Source: Camelus ferus
Taxonomy: Eukaryota
Assembly: GCF_009834535.1 (NCBI RefSeq)
Contig: NC_045707.1
Coordinates: forward strand, 14,818,001 to 14,882,000
Reading direction: 5' to 3'
Length of the DNA: 64,000 nt
This document shows, one piece after another, positions 1-12,225 of the stretch. Within the stretch, counting starts at the first letter, position 1, and each line of letters begins with the position of its first letter. A program made the translations under genes and the position numbers. The notes beneath the pieces were generated by a model that was given only the letters and a program-made list of their open reading frames with translations, was not told the origin of the DNA and did no database searches.

Positions 1-2450
1 GGCCCAGAGGCATGAGGCTCATGGTGCACCCTTCGTGCAAATCACATACACACCCCTTCTCCCCAACATCTGCCAGGGTTGGAAACACTGGCTTCAGCAG
101 ACACAGTTCGAATCAGGCCATTTCTCCTTTAAAGAGGTACAGGAGACCTTATTCTGCAGGGTTGGGGCAGGACCACAGAGCCAGTTAACATTCCCTGATT
201 GAAAAAGGTTGGAGCGGTCTGGGAGGGGCCTACAGGATTGGCCAGGGACTTACAAGCAACCAGCTCTCCACACTAGGCCCAGAGAAAGCGGGAGACAAAA
301 GCCATTTTTTTTGCAGCCCACATTCGCAGGGAGCAAATCTCAACGGCCTTCTCTATAATCCCCTAGAGATTATGTCCATCCCGAGAGGAGGGGAGGCAAA
401 GCAGGCTAAGACAGCACTAGGCCTCGCTGGGGTCACTTTGCCAGGCAGGAGCAGTTTAAAGTTGAACAGCAAGGCCAGAGCTGCCCCCAGCCCCGCCTCC
501 TTCTTGCCCCAGCCACCCCCTTCATCACACTAGTCAGTTTCCACACACTCTCCCCTTTGCACAGTAAAATAAAGCCTAGTGAAGGATCTAGGGTTCCTGA
601 GTCTCCCAGAAGCTGCTCTGGGTGCCCAGATGGGCAGGAACAACCTTAAAGTCCAACCTGGCAGTAAGTCTGACCTGGCAGTGGCACCCTACCCCCACTC
701 CCAAGTTGTTCTATTCCCAAGGCCCACAAGAAACCCTGAAGGAGAAGCAGCTGACTGGGATTGGTGCTGGCATAAGGGCTTGGGTCCTAGTNNNNNNNNN
801 NNNNNNNNNNNNNNNNNNNNNNNNNNNNNNNNNNNNNNNNNNNNNNNNNNNNNNNNNNNNNNNNNNNNNNNNNNNNNNNNNNNNNNNNNNNNNNNNNNNN
901 NNNNNNNNNNNNNNNNNNNNNNNCCTGGCGACTGGCTCAGGTTTTCTTGACAGACCCTGCCAAAGGAACCCTCCTCAGCTCTGGCACCCCTTTCTCCAAC
1001 CTACAGGCCAGCTCCGGCCAAGATAGTCCATNNNNNNNNNNNNNNNNNNNNNNNNNNNNNNNNNNNNNNNNNNNNNNNNNNNNNNNNNNNNNNNNNNNNN
1101 NNNNNNNNNNNNNNNNNNNNNNNNNNNNNNNNNNNNNNNNNNNNNNNNNNNNNNNNNNNNNNNNNNNNNNNNNNNNNNNNNNNNNNNNNNNNNNNNNNNN
1201 NNNNNNNNNNNNNNNNNNNNNNNNNNNNNNNNNNNNNNNNNNNNNNNNNNNNNNNNNNNNNNNNNNNNNNNNNNNNNNNNNNNNNNNNNNNNNNNNNNNN
1301 NNNNNNNNNNNNNNNNNNNNNNNNNNNNNNNNNNNNNNNNNNNNNNNNNNNNNNNNNNNNNNNNNNNNNNNNNNNNNNNNNNNNNNNNNNNNNNNNNNNN
1401 NNNNNNNNNNNNNNNNNNNNNNNNNNNNNNNCAGCGCCCTGGCCGCCCGCGCCGGGCTCGGGCGGAACGTCGAGGCTCTCCAGATGGAACGTCGAGGCGC
1501 CTCCCCAGCAGCCCGGAAGGAATGCCGCGCCGGGCCCGGACGGAACGTGAGACCCTCGTAGGAGCGCTGAGCCCCTCTCCCGGCTCGGGCCGGCGCCCTG
1601 GGGCCGAGCGAGCTACGGCGACGCGGAGCCGGCGCGGCCGCGGGGCTGAACCTGACACACACCCAGCGCCGGGCTCCTCGACCCCGAGCGCTCGCCCTNN
1701 NNNNNNNNNNNNNNNNNNNNNNNNNNNNNNNNNNNNNNNNNNNNNNNNNNNNNNNNNNNNNNNNNNNNNNNNNNNNNNNNNNNNNNNNNNNNNNNNNNNN
1801 NNNNNNNNNNNNNNNNNNNNNNNNNNNNNNNNNNNNNNNNNNNNNNNNNNNNNNNNNNNNNNNNNNNNNNNNNNNNNNNNNNNNNNNNNNNNNNACCCCC
1901 TCGACCCCCGGCTGGCTGTGATNNNNNNNNNNNNNNNNNNNNNNNNNNNNNNNNNNNNNNNNNNNNNNNNNNNNNNNNNNNNNNNNNNNNNNNNNNNNNN
2001 NNNNNNNNNNNNNNNNNNNNNNNNNNNNNNNNNNNNNNNNNNNNNNNNNNNNNNNNNNNNNNNNNNNNNNNNNNNNNNNNNNNNNNNNNNNNNNNNNNNN
2101 NNNNNNNNNNNNNNNNNNNNNNNNNNNNNNNNNCGGTCGTGGAGATTCAGGAAGCCTCCGGCGCGAGATCCGGGGGGGCCCTTTTGCCTGGGAAACCCCA
2201 CTCGAGAAGGGGAGAAAGAAGAAGACGCGGCCCTATTTTGTGTTGGAGCGGAGCGGCGGAAGGATCCGGCCCTTTCCGAGGAAAGGCTGTGACTCTGCAG
2301 TTCTACGCACACGCTTCTGGATCCCTCCGCCACGGGTTAACCCCGACTGCGCCGGGCCGGCCGCTGTGCAGACACGTGGGAATGAAGCCCCCCTCCTCTT
2401 CGCCCCTGCCCTGGAACTGCCTCCTTTATCGCCCGGCTAGTGAAACTAGG
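1..2450 (-). promoter_or_regulatory. KMT2D: CpG island / promoter and 5' non-coding region, probably of KMT2D (coding exons lie left of the window)
   Basis: Very GC/CpG-rich between about 1430 and 2450, interrupted by N runs, with no recognisable coding exon. The identity is inferred only from conserved gene order (KMT2D-RHEBL1-DHH-LMBR1L-TUBA1B). Confidence 0.55.
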
Positions 2451-3231
2451 ACTCCAGCCACTTTTTAATTCCGTTTCCCTGGAGTTATCGGTCCCTGAAA
2501 CTCCAACTGCTCCTCGCCTTGGCCAGGGGCAGTCTTTCCTGGGAGGGGGATGGAAGAAGAGCCAGGAGATTGGCCGCTGCTCTGCATCCTGGGAACTGGA
2601 GTCCGCAAATGGAGAAAGTGAGGCACGGAGCCTGGCGCTGCAAAGGGTGGGTTCCTGCCACGTTCGGGGGCCCGAAGAAAAGCGGAACGAGTCCCTAGTC
2701 GTTCCTCCTGGCTCTCAAACCCCCTCGAGAGGAAAGAGGACTGTCAGTGCCCCCACAATCACCCCCCCCCCATCAAAACGTAAATGTAGAGTTTCCCCTC
2801 CTTTCCTGGGTGCTCCAACCCCCACTCTCAGTCTTTCTCTCTGGATCTTAGGGGCCTGTGTCCCCCTTTTTAGTAAACAGAGGGGATGTAACTTGACTTG
2901 CTGCTACCTGGTTGGAGTACTGTTAATCTAGACAAAATCCCAAAACACTCGGATTGCAGGCAACGCCCCCCCACACCATTAGTATGTATGAGAAAGAATT
3001 GGAATGAGTTTTCTTCATTAGCTGTACCCGCGGGATGGACAGGAGACAAATTAACAACGTGCCCGATACTTTATATATTCTTAGTTACTACTCATCCTTG
3101 TTATGAATTACGTGGAATTATATCCATATTACAGATGAAGAAATTGAGGCTAAAATAGGTAAAATTGCCCAACAAACTATGTCCATTGAGAAGTTGAGCC
3201 ATTCAAAACAATGGCCATGTTTTTCCTAGGG

Positions 3232-3234
<3 letters not shown>

Positions 3235-3265
<31 letters not shown>
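3235..3265. repeat. (TG)15 microsatellite
   Basis: Uninterrupted tg run seen directly. Confidence 0.95.
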
Positions 3266-3270
<5 letters not shown>

Positions 3271-3354
3271 CATATTTATTTATATTTATATATTTGAGAT
3301 GTGGAGACAGACAGACAGATCAGATGCAGGGCTGATTTTGTGGTAAAGGGTTTA

Positions 3355-3545
3355 CAGTGCTATCCAATACAACTTTCTGCAATGGTAGAAATATACTATA
3401 TCTACGCTATCTAATATGGCTTATCCATAAGTAACTATTGGGCACTTTGAATTGTATGTAGTACAACTGAGAAATTTTTTATTTAATTTTAAAACTAAAT
3501 TAAATAGCCATATGTAACTTGTGGCTTCCATAGTGCACAGTGCGG
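3355..3545. mobile_element. MER3-like hAT-Charlie DNA transposon relic
   Basis: cagtgctatccaatacaactttctgcaatggtagaaat...aaatagccatatgtaacttgtggc resembles the MER3 consensus as recalled; not aligned computationally. Confidence 0.65.
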
Positions 3546-3779
3546 GAGACCTAAATCCCTACTGGCCAGTCATAGGAGGGATCAGAGCTAGGCATGTTCT
3601 GTGCTAACCACCCCACACCTATCCTAGCTATAGTGGAATAAGTTCACCAAGAGACAGAAGTTGGGAAATGGAAGACCTCTCCCTACCTCTGCATCCAGAG
3701 GTAGGGAGGCAGGCCCTCACCATAAAGACCTCTAATAGCTACCACTTCTTAAGGGTTTATTATATATAAGAAACTATGG

Positions 3780-3955
3780 TAAGCATTTCATATTATCACC
3801 TCAGTTTAATTCTCACCTCAACTCTTTGAGGAAGGTTTAGCTATACTTTATACATGAGAAACAGAGAGGTTCAGAAGTTCAGAGAGGTTGAGTGTCTGCC
3901 CTAGGTCACACAGCTAAGTGGAAGAGTAACTCTTTCAACTCAGCCATTAACCACT
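3780..3955. mobile_element. MIR SINE relic
   Basis: tttaattctcac...ctttatacatgagaaacagagagg...gcc ctaggtcacacagctaagtgg is typical MIR core. Confidence 0.6.
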
Positions 3956-5173
3956 ATCCTTCACTACTATCAGGCTTTGAGATTGTTATACTTCTAGAAG
4001 ACCTTGGATGTTTGTAATTGTCTCAGACCTCATGGAAATACAGGAGTGTAGGTACCTGTAATGAGAATTCCAGGTCAGATGTGCAAAAGGACCTAATTTT
4101 ACTGTAAAGAGAGGGTGATAACAACCCTAAAGACACTCCTAAGCCCCAAGAGATTGCTCTTTGGAATATGATTTCCAAATTCTTTTTAGATTCTGGATCA
4201 GAGATGCAAAAGAAGCTGGCAGAACTTTTGAAAACCAGCTTGACAAACCGTCATTCCCAACTCTAAGCCCAAATAGCCTGGAGCAAGGCACTAGCAAGGT
4301 CACAGCTGTAAATCACACCTAGATTTTATCCATTTTCCCCAACTTAGTGCATTGACAGAGTACCTCAGTCTCCCCCAGTTGCCCTTCCTGTGAAGGATAC
4401 CATTCGGGTAATCCTTTTATGTCCTTGGAGGAAGTTAGGCCCTAGGGCTGCCAGGGAAGTGTAGGGAGCAGAGGCAGGTACCACCAAACTTTCCACCTGA
4501 AACATCCATCCTCCTACAGAAGTGGCAGCTCAGTAAGAAAGGGCAGAAGCAATTACCTTTGACACCTAAAAAAGGTAGCACAACTCCAAAGGTATGAAAG
4601 ATATGAAAAGAGCAAAGAACATCTGTTTTAACAAAAGGCACTGGGGACATGGTGGGTGGGGAATGGGGATTGATATACATCAGAGGGGTATTATTTTTTA
4701 CTTTACTCAACTCCTAGAAAGCTAAAATCTTCACAAGACTTTAGTCCCTGCCTTTACACTACTTCACAATTCTTACATCATTATGAACAAGGGGCTTTCT
4801 TCCTCCTGCCCAAACCCTGTCCTCTGAGTTCCAACAAATGCCAAGGCCCCAGGAGGGAAGCTAGGTCAGCACGTGGCAGCTGGCCACTAGAGGGTGGTGT
4901 TTCTGTAGTTAAGGGGATCGTGAGTGCCTACAAATTTGGATGGGAGTGGCAGCCTACTGGTACCTGTGTGGGAAAACAGAGTAGAAAAGTAGAAAAGGGG
5001 TAAGTACTAAGTCTTAGGTCCTGCATGAGTGAGGAGTAAGGAAAAGGAACAAGGTAGGAGGAAACAATTAGCCCTGATTCTCTACCAAAGCTGTAGTCAT
5101 CACCACTTGGAAAAAGAGATTGGTCCTGAGCTCTCCCCACATATAGAGACATCAACTACAAAAGATTTCTCAG

Positions 5174-5179
5174 TTTATT
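5174..5179 (-). terminator. Candidate RHEBL1 polyadenylation signal (AATAAA); an alternative lies at 5338-5343
   Basis: tttatt on + strand about 410 nt past the RHEBL1 stop. Confidence 0.5.
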
Positions 5180-5591
5180 TGTGTATATACATTATCACTC
5201 CAGGGAGCCAGCTCCACTTCAGGAGTCCCCAGCTCCCCTCACCCAGCCAGCGCCCAAAACTTACGTAGGAGACTGGGTCCTTAATAAACAATGCCCAGGA
5301 CTCATATCCTTACTGCACAGGTTATAACAACAATTCATTTATTTAGCAAAAACAGAAGGCTAGAGGACAGTGCCCATGACACATCCTTGCCCCTTTGTAA
5401 ACATTGACAACCAGGCCACTGGAGCCTGGGTAAGTGTGCAAACATGACGGTACCACACTATGTGCCCAGAGAGCCAGGGACACAGCTGGCAACCAAACCC
5501 GTGAAGTCCTGAGGGTCTTCCCCCCAAATCCCCACTGGAGCCTGGCAAGTGCCAGGGACAGAATCACAGCAGCTATCCCATGCTCAAGGGC

Positions 5592-8138
5592 TCACATGAG
5601 ATGGCAGCGGCGCTCTTGCCCATATGAATTCTCCACCCGGGCAATCTCATGGATGATTTTGATGAAGATGCCTTGAGTCAGCTGCAAGGGATAAAGATTC
5701 AGAGCAAAAAGAATTGGTTAGTTCACTACAGGTACCATCCAGCTGTGAGGTGACTACCCTACCCATCACCTTCCCCACACCAAACAGTGCTATAAGGAAA
5801 ACACTGCTACCCCCACAGCCTTCCTAATCTTCAGGCTCAGCACCTGATTCTCTCGAGCAGATGACTCCATAAATGTTGCACCCCAGGACTCTGCCAGCTT
5901 CTTTCCTTCAACAGCCTGGACCTCCCTGGAAGCAAATTTGGGACTTTAAAATGAAGGACAGTCATGTCTCCATGTTCTCTGCAAAATCTTTATAGAAACT
6001 AGACTTCCTCTGACCCATCCTATTCCAAGGTTTGGGAAGAAGGGTTGGGGAAGGAGAAAATACAAGAAAACAAAAGCGCTTAGGACTGAGGCTTGAAATA
6101 TGAAATTATAGCTTTTGCAATAGAAGGGTTATTTTGTCTTAACCTTCAGGTTACTAATGAAAAGAAAATGACTTGTTCAAGTCAGTGGCAGAGCCAGGAC
6201 AAGAGCCTGACTCACTCCTAGTCCAGCTCACTTTCCTTCGCCCTGAGCTACAGAGATTTCCGTACCTGTCTGGAGAGAGATCTGCCTTGTTCCCTACCAG
6301 CACCACTGGCAGCCTGTGAGAAAACAGCAGTTACTACAGGATCCCCTCTGTTCCCCATGGACCCCAACCTCCTTCACATCAGAGCTGGACAAATCCCCAT
6401 CAGACCAGATAGGATCTATGTCCTAGCTTCCTCCTTAATTTGAATCAATACTCCCCTCTGTCTTCTCTCTCCCCTTGTGTCCACACTATGTCTTTATCCC
6501 CCAGAGCCACATACCGGGTTTTCCCATGGCCTTCATGTAGCTTTTGGTACAGACTCTCGATGACTTGGAAGCTTTAAACACAAGAAATGAAGCTATAACC
6601 TTATTCTGGGACAGCCCCCAGATCCTCCCAAGTCCCCCACTCATCACTCTTGTCACTTACCTATGCAGAGAGGTGACAGAATACACAAGCACATAACCAT
6701 GGACCCCAATGATGAATGAATAGGGCAGAATGCTGTACTCATCCTGACAAGAAACAGAAACATCAACAACCTGGATCTACAACACTCAGATGCCCATGGT
6801 TGGTGGGCTGCATCCTGGGGACCCTCCCTGTGGCACTCCCTACTCGTCACTTCTAGTCAACAAACATTTATAGAGTAGCTCCAACCAGCGCTGCATATTG
6901 CTAGCTGCTAAAATGCTTTTCTTTTAATACTACTTTACGGATAAGCCACAGATTCTACCAGACTTCATCTCCCAGGACTGAACTGCCACATTTAGATACC
7001 CTACCCCAAACTGGTACCTGCCCTGCTGTGTCCACCAGCTGTAGGTGAAACTCATCTTTGCCAAGAGTCACTATCTTGCTGTAAGCTGAAAAGAAAAGAA
7101 AACTTAACTGTGAGGTGCTGTGTAGAGCTAACAATGTGTGCCCCTATACAGTCTTAACCCCAGAGGTGACATAAATGAGCCAGGTCCAGGGAGTGCTCCA
7201 GAAAACTGGAGAGAAAATGTTTGGCTTCTTATTGTCGACATCTACACCATCATGGACTCAGTATCTTGCAAAATCCACACTCTAGCCCCACTCATAGAAC
7301 AGGATTACTAGAGAAGAGATTAGACTTAATATCTAATTAAATAGTCCCCTTGGCACCAGGAAAATCACAAACTATGGTGTTGGGTGGGGCACCCAAGCCC
7401 TCTCAGCCCCACCCCTGGGGGAGAAGTTACTCACTATTCTCCACGGTAGGATCATAGCCTTCCAGGAACTCGCCCTCCACAAATTGATGTGCTAAAGATG
7501 TCTTCCCTGTGGGAAGCAAAGGGAGTTGTATCCAAATCACCCAACTACATTCAAATCCCGTGTCCCTTCGGGATGTGACCCAGGACTAAAAGGAACCCCA
7601 AATTAGCATCCTAGCCTGTGAATGCCCCATGCAATGCTTTCCCTTAGCCCACCCTAACCTTCTTTTCGCCGAGGGTCTCTGCACCTTGGCCACCGGATGC
7701 ATTCTGTAGTGCCGCAGGAAGCCTTTCCCGCCTCCTTTCTCCACCCCACCCCTGGGAAAATCCTCGATTCCTTAGGATCAAGCCTGCCCTGCACCTGAGA
7801 CTTACTTGCACCACCCAGACCGCGCCCCCATCATCAAATCCTGACCCCACCTCCACTCCCCAGGGTAACGCTGGGGACCACCCTGGTGTTCCAGCAGTCA
7901 AGCCCACGTTAACCCTTACATGCTCCCACTTCCTGCAGCCTTCCCCCTCCAACCTTTCAATCCTCGCTCTACAAGCTGGTTCTAACGATGCCACCATTCC
8001 TCCCTGGGTCGCTTTCCCGCGGCAGCGCGCCTCCTCTGGCCGCAAAGCCGCGGTGCGTCCGTGCTCTCTCCAAGGCAGAAACTCACCTACAGAACGGTAT
8101 CCGAGGATGACCACCTTCCTGTAGCGAACTAACGGCAT
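5592..8138 (-). CDS. RHEBL1: Ras homolog enriched in brain-like 1 small GTPase, 183 aa, 8 coding exons
   Basis: Exons 8087-8138, 7435-7506, 7018-7085, 6661-6743, 6515-6571, 6266-6313, 5844-5925, 5592-5681, all with GT-AG boundaries, total 552 nt. Translation [22 protein letters not shown]...YDPTVENT...DTAGQDEY...GNKADL...ESSAREN...QERRCHLM* contains the G1-G5 boxes and a CaaX (CHLM). Confidence 0.98.
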
Positions 8139-8620
8139 GGCAGAAGCCGGCCCCGAAGGGCTCGCAGAACTTCGGGCAAAGAGAGCCCCAAGAAGAGGTC
8201 GGAGTGCAGGCAGGCGAGGCAACTGGCACAGGGAAGTAGCTAACCGCGAAGCTGCCAGGGGCAAGCTAGAGGGAAACCAAAACAAGCGCCGCGCCCGGAG
8301 CTGGCCACGTGATCACAACACAGCAAGACTAAGGCAAGGGAGCCGGGCGACCGGGGAACTACACTGCCGCGCCGCTCCGGGCTCCGCCCCCCGGGCCTCT
8401 CGCCATTGGTCTATTAAAAAGGGTAGGGGCGGGGCCGCCAGCAGGAGGGAAGGGTGGGCCTCACGTGGAGCGGGAGAACCAGGAGCTGGGCATGCGCAGA
8501 CTAGAGCCGGTTCATTCATAAAGAAACAGAAAGGAACCCGGGGTCCTAGAGGTGTTTGCGTATTTGCAACCTAGCAGAAGTCCCTGCAAAAAATAATGGA
8601 TGGAAAGTATCTGTCGTGGC
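8139..8620 (-). promoter_or_regulatory. RHEBL1 CpG-island promoter
   Basis: CpG-rich; CACGTG at 8306-8311 and 8462-8467, CCAAT (attgg) at 8405-8409, GC box at 8426-8435, NRF1-like gcatgcgca at 8490-8498. Confidence 0.75.
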
Positions 8621-8869
8621 CAGTCTGGAATTTGTGGTCAAAAGAGTCTATGCCTCCCTTTTGCGAGGTCTCCGGGGTCCCTGGGTAGGGAAAGAAAGGC
8701 CAAAGTTTCAATATATTCCCTCCGCTTCCCCCATCTTTCAGCCCCAGATCTTTTATTTTCCGGTTTCCACAGTCTTGCAGGATCTAACTTCGGAGATGCA
8801 ATTCCTATTTATAGGAAAATTTTTAGAATTTGTGGCCAGGTCGTCTGAAGTTTTACTGTCATCATCATC

Positions 8870-9620
8870 ATCAATCAATGCATTTATTTATTCAACAAAT
8901 ATTTACTGTGTATACTATGTTTTAGACATTTCTCTATCTTTGAAGGTAGAGCGATGAACATGACAGAGAACAAGGTCTCTGCGCTCACGAAGCTTAAAAG
9001 CTAGTTGGGAAGAAACAAACATAAACAAGTATTAGATAGTATAAAGTGCTACAAAAAGTAGTGTGATAAGAAACGACCAGTTTAAATTAGCGATACTTCC
9101 TCTCAAAGGAAGCCCCATTTAAGCTGAAGTCTGAATGACAGTAAGGAGCCAACTAGCAAAAGATTTGAACAGAAGAATCTATCAATGCTATGGTGCTAGA
9201 ATGGAAGTAAACTTGTTAAATTCCGGGACAGAGAGAAAGCTAGTTAGCCTAAAGCAGATGAAGTCGAAGAGGATGTCCGGGTCCAGGCCAGGTAAAGTAG
9301 TTTGGGCTAATCCTAGGTAACTAGAAAGCTGCTGATGATGTTTAGGTAAGATGGGATGTGATACTATCTGAACTGTGTTCCTAGAAGGTCTCCCTGGCTG
9401 TGGGGAATGGATTGGGGTTTGAGGGAAATTGGAGCAAGCAGAGAAGCAGGGTGATCAGCTAGGTGACTGATACTTGTAGTCCAGGGGAGAGGTGAGGATG
9501 GCTTGACTAGAGGGGTAGAGATGAATGAAGTAGAGAATTTGGTATGTTTTGAGGCTGAGGTTAAGTTGACTTGCTGAAGGATTGGTTACAGGAGATGAGG
9601 GAGGGAAAGAGAGGAAAGAA
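8870..9620. mobile_element. L2 LINE relic (3' region)
   Basis: tcaatcaatgcatttatttattcaacaaatatttactg...gtctctgcgctcacgaagctta...ccaggggagaggtgaggatggcttgactag is typical of L2. Confidence 0.6.
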
Positions 9621-9714
9621 AACACCTAGATTTATAGAGTTCTACTTTGCACCAGGTGCATTTCATTGTCATCTCGTTTAATATTCACCACAGCCCTGAG
9701 GTTGATAATTGGCA

Positions 9715-9905
9715 TTATTCATTCATTCATTCATCAACAAATATTTATCAAACAACCACCATGTCCCAGGCACCCTTCCAGGTGCTTAGAATAGAGCAGT
9801 GGGCAACACAGACAAAGTCTTTGCTCACAAGGAGCAAGTATTCTTTTGGGAGGAGACCAACAGGTAAACAATAAAAGTTACAATCAAAAATTAATAACTG
9901 CCATG
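9715..9905. mobile_element. L2 3'-end relic
   Basis: ttcattcattcattcatcaacaaatatttatcaaacaaccaccatgtcccaggcacc...acagacaaagtctttgctcacaaggagc. Confidence 0.6.
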
Positions 9906-11489
9906 AGAAAAAATAAATAAGACATTAACAGGCTAGAGACTAACTTGGGGTATGGCACTCTTCTTTTTTTGGTACTCCTCTTTTTTAATGATATCCTCGG
10001 AAGGCTGAGGAGGTAATATTTGTACCTGAGACTTGACTACTAGTTATTATCAGATGTGGAAACTGACACTTAAGTCATACAGGTAGCACACAAAAGTTAT
10101 TTCTTCTGGAAGGCCCTGATGTGGTGGGTTTGTAGGAGTTAGACTGTATTGGAGGACAGGCTTTGTAAAACTATAGAACCATCTAATGCTTAAAAACATC
10201 CAGATCTACAAAGTTGTTTCAAGGTGCCACTTCCTAATCTGGCCTCAGAAAGAGAACCAAATACCTCTTCTATGGAGTAAAGCAAATTCCTTGCAGACCA
10301 GCAATTTTATGTTGGATTATTGGGCCTGAGTGGGATTGGCAGTGATTCCAGATTAGGTTTTAAGCACTGTAGGGTAAAACAAAGACCTGGATTCAGTTAA
10401 ATTCAGTAAAAACTTCCTTATCTGCTACTTTATACCAGGTGTACTATATGTTTTGCACACTAGAGATAGAAAGATAAATAATAGATGCCTTTTATGCTGT
10501 TTGTCTTTCCAGATTAACTCTCTCCTCTTTTCCACCCAGATTTGTGTCCAGGAGGAAGAGCTTGCCCCTTGGATCCCAGTGGGTTCAGCCAAAGAGGAGT
10601 ACTTACCGAAGATCAGATGGAGGGAAGAGATTGTGCCCAGACTGAGATTGACTGAAGGTCAAAGCACCCCCACACACTCACTGCTCTCTTGTTCTGTTTC
10701 CAGTAATTCCCTCCACTCACCCTCCAGGCCTACAATGATAACAGCCTCTCTGATACTCGCCCTGGGGTGCCGCTCTACCCCTTATGTTTCCCTACACCCT
10801 GCTCACACCTTTGTAGTCTCTTTATTAAATCATCCTAAAATTCTCCTGTCTTCAATCAGGAGGAAAACAAAAGGACTAAGACAAAGGGCTTTCTCTTGTG
10901 GCTTTTTCTTTCTATATAGGAAGAGATCTCACCAAAGACTTTCACCTACCTCTCCTTGAACACAACTGTATCCTATGACCATCTCTAGCTTCAAGAGAGC
11001 CTGGAAATTTCAGCATTTTCTTTTCCACCCTCTATAGTAAAGGAAGGCAAAACAGAATACGAATGAATGCTTTGTGAGCTAATCTCCAAGATCTGTACAT
11101 CTTGGGATCAAGATAATTTGTTTCTTAAATATCAATCACCTTAAAAGGTAGGGCAGAAATTGTTACTTTGTAAAGATCACAGATATGCAAAGATCACCAA
11201 TATAGGATAAAGTAAAGGAAACAAACTATCCTAATGTTAGGTAAATAGGCTTGGAATAAAATTTCTAGGAACAGCATCATACATTGCTATGTCTTAAACA
11301 ACTAAGATAAAATGAAGATAAAATGCTCCCAGAAAACTGTAGTATCTCTACAAATAGTGAAAACAATTTTACTATGTTTGCATTGCAATGATGGGTTCCA
11401 TTTCACAGATCTTCAGAGCTACTTGGTTTCCCACAACTTTGGTGGAGAAACAGTTATGGCTCCCCCACCCCACCCCCCAGTGAGGTACT

Positions 11490-11650
11490 GGTTATCTAGC
11501 GTTGCATCACAAACTATATTAAAACTTGGTGGTTTAGAACAACCATGATATATTATTTCTCATGATTCTGTGAGTTGAATTGGCAATTCTTCTGTCATCT
11601 CTCCTGAACTCCTGGACTACCAGAGGCCACAGACCCTGTTGGGTGGCCCT
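11490..11650. mobile_element. MLT1-type (ERVL-MaLR) LTR fragment
   Basis: gttgcatcacaaactatattaaaacttggtggtttagaacaacc...ttctcatgattctgtgagttgaattggc resembles the MLT1 end. Confidence 0.5.
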
Positions 11651-11696
11651 CTCCTTCAGCTACAGATACAGTTACAGCTCTCTGGGTTCTTTCCTT

Positions 11697-11822
11697 TGGG
11701 GGTAGGGGTGATTAGGTTTATATATTTATTTATTTTAATGGAGGTACTGGGGATTGAACACAGGGCCTCGTGCATGCTAAGCACATGCTCCATGTGCTCT
11801 ACCACTGAGCTATACCCTCCCC
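11697..11822 (-). mobile_element. Camelid-type tRNA-derived SINE (Vic-1-like)
   Basis: Reverse complement GGGGAGGGTATAGCTCAGTGGTAGAGC...CATGCACGAGGCCCTGTGTTCAATCCCCAGTACCTCC followed by AAATAAATA...CCTAATCACCCC; the same family recurs at 29925, 41163 and 59986. Confidence 0.85.
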
Positions 11823-12146
11823 ACTTCTCTTGGGTTCTTGTAACCCTTCCTTCTCTTGCCCCTTCAGGCCTAAGGGGTGAGCACCTCCAGTGGCTCCCCA
11901 CTGATGCCAGACTCTGAATGCTTCACCACACTTGTAGATACTCCATCACCCTGTCAACTCCTTTATGAACATCCCTTTCATTATATCCTCCTCAGTTCCC
12001 CATTTGAGTATGCAATCTGTTTCCTCCAAGGATTCTGAATGTTGTAGTGGTGGGAATTATCAAGCAAAAGATTAGAAGGCAAAATTATATCAAGCCTCAT
12101 ATTACAGTACAAGTAGCTAGAAACATAGAAGAAGACGCTTTTCTTC

Positions 12147-12225
12147 AAAAAAAGAGAGAGAGAGAAGAAGAAGGAAGGGAGTGAGGGAGGGAGGAAGAAA
12201 GAAAGAAAGAGAAAGAAAGAAAAAT
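12147..12225. repeat. Purine-rich simple repeat (GA/GAAA/GGAA)
   Basis: aaaaaaagagagagagagaagaagaaggaaggga...gaaagaaagaaagagaaagaaag. Confidence 0.85.

Noticed and set aside
579-2333. Several long ORFs (up to 452 aa) in the ORF track
   Set aside because: They are open only because N runs contain no stops and the flanks are GC-rich; no protein family is recognisable.
7644-8574. 213-aa minus and 145-aa plus ORFs around RHEBL1 exon 1
   Set aside because: The minus ORF starts at a non-ATG codon and reads through the GTGAGT donor into intron 1; the plus ORF is CpG-island shadow.
11697-11822. tRNA-like A/B-box sequences here and at 29985-30062, 41163-41230 and 59986-60063
   Set aside because: These are SINE heads with A-rich tails, diverged copies and TSDs, not tRNA genes with a complete cloverleaf.
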